The notes below the pieces were generated by a model, which saw only the letters and a list, made by a program, of their open reading frames with translations, was not told where the DNA came from and made no database searches. This document shows, piece by piece, positions 48,051 to 58,982 of a DNA stretch of 64,000 nucleotides. Both the position numbers and the translations under genes were made by a program. Source of the stretch: Candidatus Marinacidobacterales bacterium (GTDB lineage: Bacteria; Acidobacteriota; Vicinamibacteria; Marinacidobacterales; SMYC01); assembly GCA_965237955.1 (NCBI GenBank), contig OZ250169.1, positions 7,328,001 to 7,392,000 on the forward strand. Direction: 5' to 3'. Each line of letters begins with the position of its first letter. Within the stretch, counting starts at the first letter, position 1.

Positions 48051-49016
48051 ATGGCCAGTTTTGTCGCAGAGCGCGCTCTGCCGCACCTCCAGGTGGTCGA
48101 CTTGTCTCGAGTGCGGCCCCAGGAGCTCAAGAACCTTTGGGAGCGTGAGGTTCGCTTGTGGCGCGACAAGCTCGACTGGGATGTCTCCGGAGCGATGACC
48201 GCACTGGAGCGCGCCGTCGATCGGGGGGGGCTAACCGGTAAGGCGATCCGGTGTGGCGGGGCGGTTGCCGCTTACGCTTACTACGTCGTCGAAGGCGAGC
48301 GCGGTGTGATCTTGGGGCTGGTCGTTTCGCCGTCGTTCCGTGGTCGTCACATCGGGACCGCGATCGTGGACGCCATCGTCGACGAGATCGACCACCGCAA
48401 CGTGCGACGGATCGAGACGCAGTTCATCTGCTTCGATGCCCCGTGGCTTATGTCGTGCTTTGAGGAGCAGGGTTTTTCGACCCACTGGCGCGAGTTCCTG
48501 CGGGTGTCGATCTCGCGTCCAAGGCCGCAACACGCGTCTTCGAATCAAGTCATGATTCTTCCGTGGACCGCGTGGAATCTTTCGGGAATGGCCGCGCTCA
48601 TGGAACAGGCGCACCGCGGCGGCGTCGATTCGGTGATGAACGAGCTCTACCGAACGAGCGACGGTTGTCGCATGCTGTTGAACAACATCATCCGTCAGCG
48701 AGGCTGCGGCCGATCGCTCACCGAAGCCTCTTCCGTTGCTCGCGAGCGGTCCACCGACCTCCCTGCCGGCTTCGCCATCGTCACCGAGATCGGACACCGG
48801 CACGGGCACCTTGCCCAGGTTGCCGTGGCGCCGACGTTTCAAGGGCAAGGCGTGGGGCATCGCTTGGTGGGTCATACGTTCTCGCGTCTCGGTGAGCTCG
48901 GGCTCGACACCTTGTCGCTCATGGTGAGCCGGGGAAACGAGCGGGCGGTCAGCTTGTACCGCTCGATGGGATTCGAGTCGACCTATCAGTTCCCGGTGTT
49001 CTCTCGCGAGCTCTGA
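48051..49016 (+). CDS. Tandem GNAT acetyltransferase
   Basis: VSPSFRGRHIG and VAPTFQGQGVG acetyl-CoA motifs; NERAVSLYRSMGF. Confidence 0.87.
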   Translation: MASFVAERALPHLQVVDLSRVRPQELKNLWEREVRLWRDKLDWDVSGAMTALERAVDRGGLTGKAIRCGGAVAAYAYYVVEGERGVILGLVVSPSFRGRHIGTAIVDAIVDEIDHRNVRRIETQFICFDAPWLMSCFEEQGFSTHWREFLRVSISRPRPQHASSNQVMILPWTAWNLSGMAALMEQAHRGGVDSVMNELYRTSDGCRMLLNNIIRQRGCGRSLTEASSVARERSTDLPAGFAIVTEIGHRHGHLAQVAVAPTFQGQGVGHRLVGHTFSRLGELGLDTLSLMVSRGNERAVSLYRSMGFESTYQFPVFSREL

Positions 49017-51187
49017 GCGGGCTCGAGGACGGAGCCGAGCACTTCGATCTCGGTAAGATCGGGACGCGCCCCATCGATGCCGCGGAGCCTCAGACGGAGC
49101 CGTCGAGTGTCGACCGGATCCACCTTGGCGACCTGAGTGCCGTCCAAAGGCGTTTCCAGAAGGCCGGAAACAAGCTCGGTCACAGCGGGCCAGTCGGCTG
49201 GAGTCTTGGTGTGCATCGAGAAGTGATCGCTCGCGTCTTCGATCAGGACCTCGACACTCGCCACCGGCGCCCGCGGAACCGGTCCGTAGTGGAAGCGGAA
49301 GCCTTCGACACGTGCAAAGGCCGCGAGCTCCACATCGATCTCGAGCTCGGGTGACGTCCCGGAGGGACGCTCGTCGACATTGCCGTCGAACAAGAGTGCC
49401 TCGCTCCCCGAGCTCGGGAGTCGTGTTAGCGTCTCCCAGTGCGAGCTCGTTTCGCCGGGAGCCGGCACGACCTCGTACACCGTCTGGCTTCCGAAATCCC
49501 TGATAGGAAGGAGCGCCGCCCGATGCTCCTCGAGCCCGGAGAGCAGACGCGGCAGGGCGCGCGCGCGAAACGCACCCAAGTGCAGCACGACATAGCGCAC
49601 CGACAATCGCCGCACGAGCGCGATCGCGTCGGGCGAGGGAAAACGCGCCAGAGCGATTTTCATCCATTGATGGGACATCGGAATGAAGCCGCTGTCTCCG
49701 TTCAGCGTGGGTCGAAAGTCGTGGTGGCGTGCCCAGAACATGTAGCGCGTGTCGACGACCTTGAACGGCAACTCCACGATCGGGCCCGGCTTCGCGTGAT
49801 CGCGCAGCCACGCATAGACTTCGGGCGGCTCGTCGCGGTGAGGCGCGAGGCGGTAAGGAAGTGCGTTCGACTCGAAAGCGAAGAAGAGCCCGATCGCGGC
49901 GCATGCCGCTTTGCGCCGGTGAAGGCGTCCGCTGCCTTCGAAGAGCCGCGCGAGGGCGAACGCGGAGAAGACCGACAAACTCAGGAGTGGCAAGAGTCCG
50001 AATCGCGTCAACGCCCTCAAACCGCGGAAGAACACCACATGCTCGTACAAGAACGGATACACGGGCGTGGACGGGCCGAACGACAAGACGATCCCGGCGA
50101 CGAGGATGCCCGCGTAGCAGATGCCGATGCGGCGCCGAGCGGGGTCCTTCAAAAGCATTACCAGGCCGGCGACGCCGAGCACCAGAAGCGTGAGCCCGGG
50201 GAACAAGTAATCGGTGCGTTCGGCTTCGGTCGTCACCGCTTCGCTCAACGTCCGGTAGAGGTGGCTCGAAGAGGCCAGATACGCTTTGGGAGTTGCTGAC
50301 AAACCACCGAGTCCGCTCAAATCCCACTCGACACCGAGCTCATGATGAACCCACATATATGGTAGGGCGAACGGCACGAGAACCAGCGCCATCGCAACCA
50401 AGGCTATCGCGACGTGAGAGAGCTCGCGCCACGAGAACCCGGCGTAGGGGAGCAGTGAGACGAGGACAATGCCGAGCGCCACCGATGCCATCGCGCCCAA
50501 GTACGTTCCCGAGAGAGCTTGGAGCACGAACGCGGCGGTCGCCACGACCAACCAGCGCGCCCGGCGGGTGGCGATGTAGCGATGCAATCCCGCGAGAAAC
50601 AACGGGATGAACGCATAGAGTTGCATCTGGATGTGCGGCAGGCGGTTGAAGCGAAACGGCGCGAACGAAAAAAACAGACCGGCGAGAATAGCCGCCAGGT
50701 GGCTTCGGGTGAGAGAAAACGCGAGCAAATACATGCCGAGCGCGGACGCGAACATCGCAAAAAGGAGAATGAGGTTGTTCGTCAGCACGAGATCGTTCGT
50801 CACCGCGAGCAAGGGTAGAGCCATGATGCCCTGCACGGTGAGGTGCTCGGAATAGGCGAGTGATAGCGGCAGCGGGTAGAACGTATTCGCATCGAAGAGC
50901 TCGAGCGGCTCGTGCACCAGCTGATGCGCAACCCACGACATGGCCCACGCATTCAACCGCGCGTCGCCGTTGTCGAGACGCGAGAGAGACGCCGGGCTGA
51001 ACGCGAGGGGGTAGCTGAGTACGACCGTCGCCAGGGCGAAAATCAAAACCGCGGCGGCGAGCTCCGATGAGGTAAGGGAGGCGTTTTCGTCTCGTCGAGC
51101 GGGAGGACGGCACGAACGCAGGCGGGCCCCCATCCCGCGCGAGGACCGCGGGGCGGGGCGTGGCACCGCCGCTTTTTTCCGGGGCAC
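48986..51187 (-). CDS. Polytopic membrane protein, GT-C glycosyltransferase-like
   Basis: D..LNAWAMSW, DANTFYP..LAYSEH, many TMs, VELP, NGDSGF. True start probably further downstream. Confidence 0.75.
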   Translation of the reverse strand: MPRKKAAVPRPAPRSSRGMGARLRSCRPPARRDENASLTSSELAAAVLIFALATVVLSYPLAFSPASLSRLDNGDARLNAWAMSWVAHQLVHEPLELFDANTFYPLPLSLAYSEHLTVQGIMALPLLAVTNDLVLTNNLILLFAMFASALGMYLLAFSLTRSHLAAILAGLFFSFAPFRFNRLPHIQMQLYAFIPLFLAGLHRYIATRRARWLVVATAAFVLQALSGTYLGAMASVALGIVLVSLLPYAGFSWRELSHVAIALVAMALVLVPFALPYMWVHHELGVEWDLSGLGGLSATPKAYLASSSHLYRTLSEAVTTEAERTDYLFPGLTLLVLGVAGLVMLLKDPARRRIGICYAGILVAGIVLSFGPSTPVYPFLYEHVVFFRGLRALTRFGLLPLLSLSVFSAFALARLFEGSGRLHRRKAACAAIGLFFAFESNALPYRLAPHRDEPPEVYAWLRDHAKPGPIVELPFKVVDTRYMFWARHHDFRPTLNGDSGFIPMSHQWMKIALARFPSPDAIALVRRLSVRYVVLHLGAFRARALPRLLSGLEEHRAALLPIRDFGSQTVYEVVPAPGETSSHWETLTRLPSSGSEALLFDGNVDERPSGTSPELEIDVELAAFARVEGFRFHYGPVPRAPVASVEVLIEDASDHFSMHTKTPADWPAVTELVSGLLETPLDGTQVAKVDPVDTRRLRLRLRGIDGARPDLTEIEVLGSVLEPAQSSRENTGN

Positions 51188-51226
51188 CTACGGATTGAAT
51201 CGCATCCGCGGGGGTGGATCAAGTGT

Positions 51227-51389
51227 TCAGCATCCAGCATTCAGCATCCAGCATCCAGTTGGAGCTCGACTCTGCCTTCGGCAAAGTTGATCTCCCCGAC
51301 GGCGAGATGTGCCATGTTCCGGCGACGTTAATTTGGGGGCAAGGTCTGCGAAGTGAACTGGATGCTGGATGCTGAATGCTGGATGCTGA
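51227..51389. repeat. Perfect 34-bp inverted repeat built from 7-bp units, 95-bp spacer
   Basis: TCAGCATCCAGCATTCAGCATCCAGCATCCAGTT (51227-51260) and its exact reverse complement (51356-51389). Confidence 0.92.
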
Positions 51390-51472
51390 TTCGAGTTGCG
51401 GCGGAGACCGTGCCAGGTCTAAAATACCCGATTTGTCGCACAGGATTTCCATCTCGACAGGAGGATATTTGG

Positions 51473-52621
<1,149 letters not shown>

Positions 52622-52629
52622 ACCTTTTT

Positions 52630-52761
52630 TCAACGCAAAGTCGCAAAGGCGCAAAGTGAGCGCCTTCGGCGCGCATTCCCGTGCATGGAGATCCCGTCCG
52701 CAAGGAGAACCCTTGCCCGAGGAACTACCCTAGACTTTGCGTCTTTGCGCCTTTGCGTTGA
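52630..52761. repeat. Inverted array of 8-bp NCGCAAAG units
   Basis: 27-bp arms TCAACGCAAAGTCGCAAAGGCGCAAAG / CTTTGCGTCTTTGCGCCTTTGCGTTGA with 2 mismatches, followed by a T tract; may also act as the metK terminator. Confidence 0.88.
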
Positions 52762-52776
52762 TTTTTTTGGGATCTA

Positions 52777-54704
52777 AGGGCCGGCGACAAAATAAGTTCC
52801 CGTTTTCAAGACGGTCGGATGGTGTAGTTCCATTTGGGTAGAGTCTGGTCCTTTGTAACGGAAAGCGCCTGCATCCGCTCGTCAGTGATTTTGACGCCCT
52901 TCGGATAACGACGCCGGATAAGGTGTGCGCGTACTCGCAAACCGGAAGAGGTGGTGGTCGTGCGGATGTATTTGAGGATGGTTTCGTAGCTGTCGAGAGG
53001 CCTGCCCGCCCAGTTCTTGCTGATCTCGCTGAACAGACGGTGCTCCACTGGATTCCACTTGGATGTACCGGACGGATAGTGGGCTATGGTGATAGCGATG
53101 TCGTGGCGATTGCAAATCCGCGTTTGAAGCCCGTGCTTCCAACCCCGACACCGATAGCCATTGCTGCCCCCGGCGTCTGCCAATATCGCGAGGTCACGGG
53201 CTGCAGGATAGCGTCGCCGTCCTTCCGTTCGCCACCACTTCTCGATGGCATTCACGGCGAAGTCCGGGGTGTTGTACGAGGTACCAATGAACACTGTCCC
53301 GCGGTTCGCGAGCAGATCGTAGACGCCGTAGGGGATTGCGATGCCGTTCGATTCGGAACGGAAGTCATGGTCTTTGACGAGAGTCGGCTCACGGTTCCAG
53401 GCCTGCCCGCCGTTTTTGAATAATCCCACCAGCTCCCGTTTCTTCGTGTCTACGCTGATGATGGGATGACCAGCTGCGGCAAAACGCTCGCGCAGTTCGG
53501 CGATACACGCGAATTGGGTATCGCGATCTTCGGACGTGGCACCGCACAGCTTCTTGTGGTTCACCCGCAACGAGAAGCCGAGCTGTTTGAGCAGTCGACC
53601 GACGGTTTTGCTGCTGACGTTCACACCGAGGCTTCTTAGCTCGCAAGCAATCTTGTCGGTGGTCCGCCGCGTCCATTTCACTCCCGTCATCGGATCGCCC
53701 GCGGTGTCGTGCTTCATGAGTTCTTCGATCTTGGCGATGACTTCTGGCGTTTTTTTTGCACGGCGCGCCGTCCGCCACCCTTTCGCCGAACTCCGTCGAG
53801 CTCAACATCTCTCATTAGCAATTCCCTACGACCTCTGGCTACCGTGCTCGGATCCATCCCGAGCAGTTCGGCAATCTGTTGGTCGCCACCGTGACCGAGC
53901 TTCATGGCCTCGACCCCCGCGTAGAGACGGCGCTGCTTTTCATCGAGCAGGCTGTAGAAAAGAACGATCGCAGCCTTCAACTCCACGGGGAGCACGCGGA
54001 CTCCCCCGACCCAGCCCAACGTGGAAGGTGACGCCTCATGTACCTGGCGGGCCGAGAGCTGTTGCTTGCGCGTGCTCACATCGGTGGCCAGATACAGATA
54101 TCGGCCGAACACCTGCTCGCGCGCCAATCTTTTCTCTCGGACCAGTTTCAACAGAGGAGCCTTGACGTCAACCTGCACCTCGTCCTCGAGCTCGTCGACG
54201 TAGTAGCCTGCCTCACAGGCCGCGACCAACGCTTTTACCGTCGCAAGCAACGTCCCGTACTTCGAGAACCACACTGAGCGCAACGACCAAAGACCTTTTC
54301 GATCGAACTGGGCGATCTCGTCCAACGTGTAGTAGCTACCACGGTGGGAGTAGCTTGTCCGATACGCCAACTCATTGAGCTTTCGGAAGACGGTCGAGTC
54401 CACATCGGTACCCAACACTGCCTTCAAATCATCGAGGGTAGCTATTTTGTGCTTCCTCAACAGGCGGTCGAGATCTTCAGACTGATAGCTCGTAGGTCTC
54501 ATAATAGGAGAAGTGCTCCTTGATAGGCGTAATCCTCCCTAAAATGAGGACCGTTTGTCAAACACGCGCTGGTTGCTGAAGATCTACAAATGTTCCGTTT
54601 CTAGGGAGCTTGCCAGGCTCTCGTGATGCCAGACGACATCGCGATCACGACCTGAAACAGGAAGAGTGTGCTCAAAACTAGACAGTTATTTTGTCGGCGG
54701 CCCT
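52777..54704 (-). mobile_element. ISAzo13-family insertion sequence
   Basis: IRs AGGGCCGGCGACAAAATAA / TTATTTTGTCGGCGGCCCT, flanked by TA on both sides. Exact ends are ambiguous by 1-2 bp. Confidence 0.9.
52806..54502 (-). CDS. ISAzo13 transposase in two ORFs joined by a probable -1 frameshift
   Basis: ORF1 has LDEKQRRLYAG; ORF2 has TAGDPM, ISVDTKKRE, DAGGSNG, SKWNPVEHRLFS; A8 tract at 53750-53757. Confidence 0.9.
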
Positions 54705-54772
54705 TAGATGACATTTTAGCTACCCCCTCTAATACTCCCTTCCCATCAGGCGGAATGCGGGCGCGGATGGGC

Positions 54773-54877
54773 TCATCGAAAATCACGTTCGCGAGAAGCG
54801 ACGCTTCTCTCAGAGGGAGGATGCTCGAGCGCAGCCCTGGCCAGCCTTTCCACCTGCTCGCGACGTTCGGCACCCAT
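54773..54877 (-). pseudogene. 5' scrap of an Acidobacterial-type Ser/Thr kinase gene
   Basis: GGAGG RBS then MGAERREQVERLARAALEHPPSER, resembling the MxPERWQQVExLFxAALE leader; stops after 34 aa. Confidence 0.45.
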
Positions 54878-55057
54878 TGGAGGAGCCTCCGACTGGTTTG
54901 GGCTGGCCCAATTGGTGCAAAGATAGCTCCGCACAGGCCGAAAAGTCAAAGGGCGAGTGGTGCATCGTCAAAACGGCACCGCCCATGAAATCAAGGACTT
55001 GCTCTCCGCTTGAGTTCCGGGCCGAAGGGCGAAACTCCGCCACTATGCTCCGTGTTC

Positions 55058-56050
55058 TCATCTTCCTCGTCTCGCTCGTGCGATCCGCAAAGGCACGAGC
55101 GTCGCGAGCTGGTCCTTTGTCACAGACACGGTCGGGGAGTTAGGATCGGCTGGCCGGGAGGGTCGACCATTTCGAGGAGCCTTTGGTTCGCTCGTGATAT
55201 ATGGCGATACTTCCCGGCGCTCTTGCGTTAGCGTCTTTTTGTTGCGCAGGCGCTTTCGCACTTCCTGAGTCACCTTCCACTGCGCCGCTAGCTCGCGGGC
55301 CTCGATCTTGGTAATCGGATGGTCATCGAGGTCGCGGACCTCATAGGGATGCTGCTCTCGGAGCACGGCGAGGATGCGTGGGATCAGCATGCGGTTGGCG
55401 ATGGTGCATAGGGCAGAGTTGTGGTGCTTGCCGCGGTGAACCATCAGATCGTGGTACAGGCGGGCGCCGTGAGGGTCGAGCCGACGAAAGTGATCGGCAA
55501 CGAGGTAGAGGTCACGCCGTATAAGAGCAGGTCCTTGTTTGGTGATATGAGTTGCTTTGCGATCGGAAAGACCAGTGGCCTCGGTTTCCGGAAACAGTCC
55601 CACGAAGCCCTGGGCTTTGCGGGTTGTCGCGAAGCGCTCGGGCTCACCGAAGTAGCTGAAGATGGTAGGAGCGGTCATCTCGGCGATGCCCGGAATACTC
55701 ATGAGCAATCGCTCGGGATCGCAACGCAGATAGGCGTTGTCGAGTCGCTTCTCTTTGTCGCGAAGTCGGAGCTCGACTTGCTCGACCATTTCGATCAACT
55801 CGATGGTGTGAGCCCGGTTGGAGTCGATTTGCTCAGCAGGCAAAAGCTGATGGAGGCCCAAAGATGACGTAGGCATCGACGTCGTCCGTCTTGACCTTCG
55901 GTGAAAGGCATTTCCGAAATTCCTTCACCTGGTTCGGTTTCGCGAAGCTCACTTCGTGACCTCGAGCTCGGAAGAAGGCGCTGGCATACTCGCTCGTGGG
56001 ATACGATGGCTCCATCACGATTCGCCACGCAAGCATTGCCTTCACTTCTG
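55058..56050 (-). pseudogene. IS110-family transposase, degraded
   Basis: IVMEPS...KTDDVDA (DEDD part) in one frame; LMSIPGIAE...FVGLFP...ITKQG (Transposase_20) in another; N-terminus and middle missing. Confidence 0.85.
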
Positions 56051-56204
56051 ATTCCAGAGGTTGTCCGGACGGACACCCAGGCATCAACCCTGGTTGACAC
56101 CAAGCGCGACAAGGGCAAACGACTCGACGTCTTACGACTTGCCGAGCTTTGCGCCACAAAGGCTCGAGCCCGGTGTCAACTTGAGTCGTCGACGAAGAAG
56201 ATCT

Positions 56205-56303
56205 CGGGTGGGTAGACGTATGCCTGAGGAAACATGCCTCCCCGAAGCAGATTTGCGATCTTGAGAGCATCGATGCGGTCGTTCTTGGCCTTGCCTCCGT
56301 GAC
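56205..56303 (-). pseudogene. Short fragment of a second IS110 transposase
   Basis: HGGKAKNDRIDALKIANLLRGGMFPQAYVYP, containing the K-x-D-x-x-D-A motif. Confidence 0.75.
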
Positions 56304-56578
56304 ATAGGGCACGCCGCGACCGCGACGTTTGCCGAACGTCCAAGGAGCCCGAAGGTCCGGCCGTACAGAAGCGTGCTGTTGTTGATGGCGGCGTTGACGT
56401 CGTCGAAGGGCAGCGCGGGATCGAAGAGCAGCTCGCCCGTCGAGCGGCCATAGCTGAGCACCATGATGTTGTCGCCCGTGGGAGCCGGGGCGTAGAACCG
56501 CGGTGTGAGCTCCTGCGCGGTCGCGGTCGCCGCTGCGGCCACCACGGGCAGGAGAAGGACGGCCAGTCGGACCGTCAC
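56304..56578 (-). pseudogene. 5' fragment of an outer-membrane transporter (phenol MetA-pathway type)
   Basis: Signal peptide then QELTPRFYAPAPTG...LLFDPALP...YGRTFGL; cut off by the IS110 fragment. Confidence 0.65.
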
Positions 56579-56654
56579 GAAGGATGCGCCACCCGGCGAT
56601 CGGCAACCCGCCCTCGTTCGATCCCTCGCCTCTTCTTCCCACCGTGTCGCGGCG

Positions 56655-58175
56655 TCATGGCGAAGAATCTCCACCCTGGCTCAGCTCGACCTGTCGGTAG
56701 CCGCCCGTGCTCCGGAAGTAGAGCAGGAGGATCAGATAGCCCACGGCGAGGAACGCAGGCACCACGGCCGTCCACTTGAGCGCCATCCGGCCACCGAAGA
56801 TTCGCGCTTCGGAGACGGGGCCTTCGTCGACGCTGGCGTTGGGTTGGCCCGTCGACCGCCACCACTCGTCGAGACTCGTGATGGCCGGCACCGAGCGACC
56901 CTGCTCCGCGAGCAGACGCACCGAGCGCTCGAGCTCGGCGGCACCGTCGGGCTCCAGGAGGACGCCCACCTTCGCGCCGTCCAGGCCCCTGATCTTCGGG
57001 AAGGGACCGAATCGGCTCTCCTTCTGCGCCGCATAGCGCTCGTAAGTGGGCATCGACGCCTCCTGCAGGGACCGGGAGGCGTAGAGATCCTGCTTGTAGC
57101 CGATCCCGGGTCCGCCGAGAAGCCCCGCGCTCAGCATGCCGATGCCGCCGACGGCGCCCATCGTGACGGCGCCCCCGCGGGGGAACCGCTCGCCCACGAC
57201 TCCGAGCATGGTGGGCCAGAAGAACGTCTTGCCGATCCCGTACACCGTGACCGCGGCCCAGACGAGGAGGGCCGACTCCAGAGAGCCGAGCATCAGGAGA
57301 CCGATGCAGGCGACGACGGCGCTACAGAAGAGAAGCCCCAGGGGATTGATCCGCTCGACGATGGGCCCGGCGAAGAAGCGGAGAACGAACATGATGCTCG
57401 AGGCGTAGACGAAGAGGAGGAACCCCTGTCCGGTCAGGATCGAGTTCGTGATGTTCGTGATCCAGCTGTCGGTCCCGAGCTCGACGTAGCCAATTCCGGC
57501 GTGGAGGAGCAGCAGGAACAAGAGGATCGGCGAGGCGAGCTCCCGGAGCATCTGGCCGTAGGCCACCCCGGCGGCCCGGGCCTCGGAGATCGGGAACCGC
57601 ACGCCCAGGATCATCACTCCGTAGATGACGACCGGAACGAGGAAGAGCGCCATCGGCACCTCCCACCGAACCCTTCCGACGATGAGCGCCCCAAGGAGGC
57701 CTCCCAGGATGAGACCCCCGGGCCACCCCGCGTGGAGGATGTTGAGATAGTGGGTCTTCTGCTTGGGATAAAGCGTCGCGGCCAAGGGGTTGATGACCGC
57801 CTCGCACAGCCCGTTCGCCGCCGCAAACATGAACATCCCCACGTAGAGGCACCAGTACGTGGCCTCCTGTCCGAGGGCATTGAAGGTCGGTGTCGCCGCA
57901 AGTGTGACGACCGCCGAGAGCAGGTGCAGCACGAACGCCAGTATCAAGAGGGCCTTGTAGCCCACACGGTCGGTGATCAAGCTCGCGGCGAGGATCACCA
58001 GGCCAAAGCCGACGAACCCGCCTCCGGTGATCGTGCCGAGCTCGAGCTGGGTGAACCCGAACTGGTTGCCCCATTCCCTGAGGATGCCCCCGCGGACGGC
58101 AAACCCCACGCCGGCCGCAATGAGCGTCATGAAGCTCGCCAGGAAGATCCGCCGTCCAGGAATCTGCTCGGTCAT
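56655..58175 (-). CDS. MFS transporter, probably for sugars
   Basis: About 12 TMs, ANGLCEAVINPL, LHAGWPGG, ELGTDSWI, KTFFWPTMLG. Confidence 0.9.
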   Translation of the reverse strand: MTEQIPGRRIFLASFMTLIAAGVGFAVRGGILREWGNQFGFTQLELGTITGGGFVGFGLVILAASLITDRVGYKALLILAFVLHLLSAVVTLAATPTFNALGQEATYWCLYVGMFMFAAANGLCEAVINPLAATLYPKQKTHYLNILHAGWPGGLILGGLLGALIVGRVRWEVPMALFLVPVVIYGVMILGVRFPISEARAAGVAYGQMLRELASPILLFLLLLHAGIGYVELGTDSWITNITNSILTGQGFLLFVYASSIMFVLRFFAGPIVERINPLGLLFCSAVVACIGLLMLGSLESALLVWAAVTVYGIGKTFFWPTMLGVVGERFPRGGAVTMGAVGGIGMLSAGLLGGPGIGYKQDLYASRSLQEASMPTYERYAAQKESRFGPFPKIRGLDGAKVGVLLEPDGAAELERSVRLLAEQGRSVPAITSLDEWWRSTGQPNASVDEGPVSEARIFGGRMALKWTAVVPAFLAVGYLILLLYFRSTGGYRQVELSQGGDSSP

Positions 58176-58185
58176 CGGTGCCCCC

Positions 58186-58341
58186 TCATTGTTCCGGCCA
58201 GAACTGCTGCATCTTCGTCCGCAGGAAGTCGGCGCTGCGTTTCATCTGCCCCATCATCTCGATCCAGCCCTCGAGGGACAGCGAGCCGTCGGCGCAGAGC
58301 CCCTGCATCCAGGCCTTGGGAAACGCCGCGAGCTACGGCAC
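58186..58341 (-). pseudogene. Sugar phosphate isomerase/epimerase remnant with a large internal deletion
   Basis: MP*LAAFPKAWMQGLCADGSLSLEGWIE joined directly to MGQMKRSADFLRTKMQQFWPEQ; family assignment from memory. Confidence 0.55.
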
Positions 58342-58349
58342 TCAGTCCA

Positions 58350-58982
58350 TCCTCGAGAGGTTGCGCCAAAATTCTTCGCTTCCTCGAAAGCGAGGGGCTG
58401 TTGAGCGACGAACGTATCGAGCTTCTCACGTCCTTTCGCCATAGCGGATTCTCCGTCGACATGTCTCCCGCGGTATGGCTCGAAGACACGCAAGGGCTCG
58501 AAAGGCTTTGCCGTTATCTGCTTCGCTGTCCGGTGAGCCTTTCGCGGATTCACTGGACCCCGGGAGCCAAGACACTGTTCTACGAAGCGAAGGCCTCCCA
58601 CGACGACCCCCTCTATTCTCATCCGCAAGGAGAGACACTCGACATCTTCAAGTTTATCGCCCGCGTGCTGACGCAGATTTTGCCGAGAGAACAACCTCGA
58701 AGGAGCCCGATGCGGACGATTCTACAGCCTCGCAAACACGGCATTCACTACTTCGGCGCCTATTCCTCGAAGGCACGGGCTTACCGCGCAAAGCGAAAAC
58801 TCACGCTGCAATCATTCGCTCTGAAGGATACCCAGGCCGCTCAGGATGACCCTCCACTCTCACCGCAAAAGCGCGCCACTCTGAGACGAAGCTGGGCGCG
58901 CCTCATTCGACGAGTCTATCTTACCGACCCCTTGAAGTGTGAGTGCGGCGGCGAACTCCGCGTGATCGCCTTCATCACCTCT
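58350..58982 (+). pseudogene. IS91-family (Y2) transposase C-terminal fragment
   Basis: HSGFSV, LERLCRYLLRCPVS, IHYFGAYS, WARLIRRVY..DPLKC.CGG.LRVIAFIT. Confidence 0.85.

Noticed and set aside
48231-50327. 698-aa ORF and other long alternative-frame ORFs (e.g. 33379-35106, 29858-31339, 27399-28853)
   Set aside because: They overlap well-supported genes, are low in recognisable motifs, and are expected in high-GC DNA.
51261-51472. SAM riboswitch upstream of metK (also checked metH and yitJ)
   Set aside because: No SAM-I core elements recognisable by eye; a covariance search is needed to exclude it fully.
54880-55057. Bridge RNA next to the IS110 remnant
   Set aside because: Element ends cannot be defined and no convincing two-loop structure was seen.
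56092-56180. 9-bp inverted repeat GTTGACACC / GGTGTCAAC as a MITE
   Set aside because: Too short, single copy and no TSD; may be an IS end scrap but cannot be supported.
58333-58335. In-frame TAG as pyrrolysine or readthrough
   Set aside because: It lies in a gene already destroyed by deletion, and no pyl genes are present; simple nonsense mutation is more likely.
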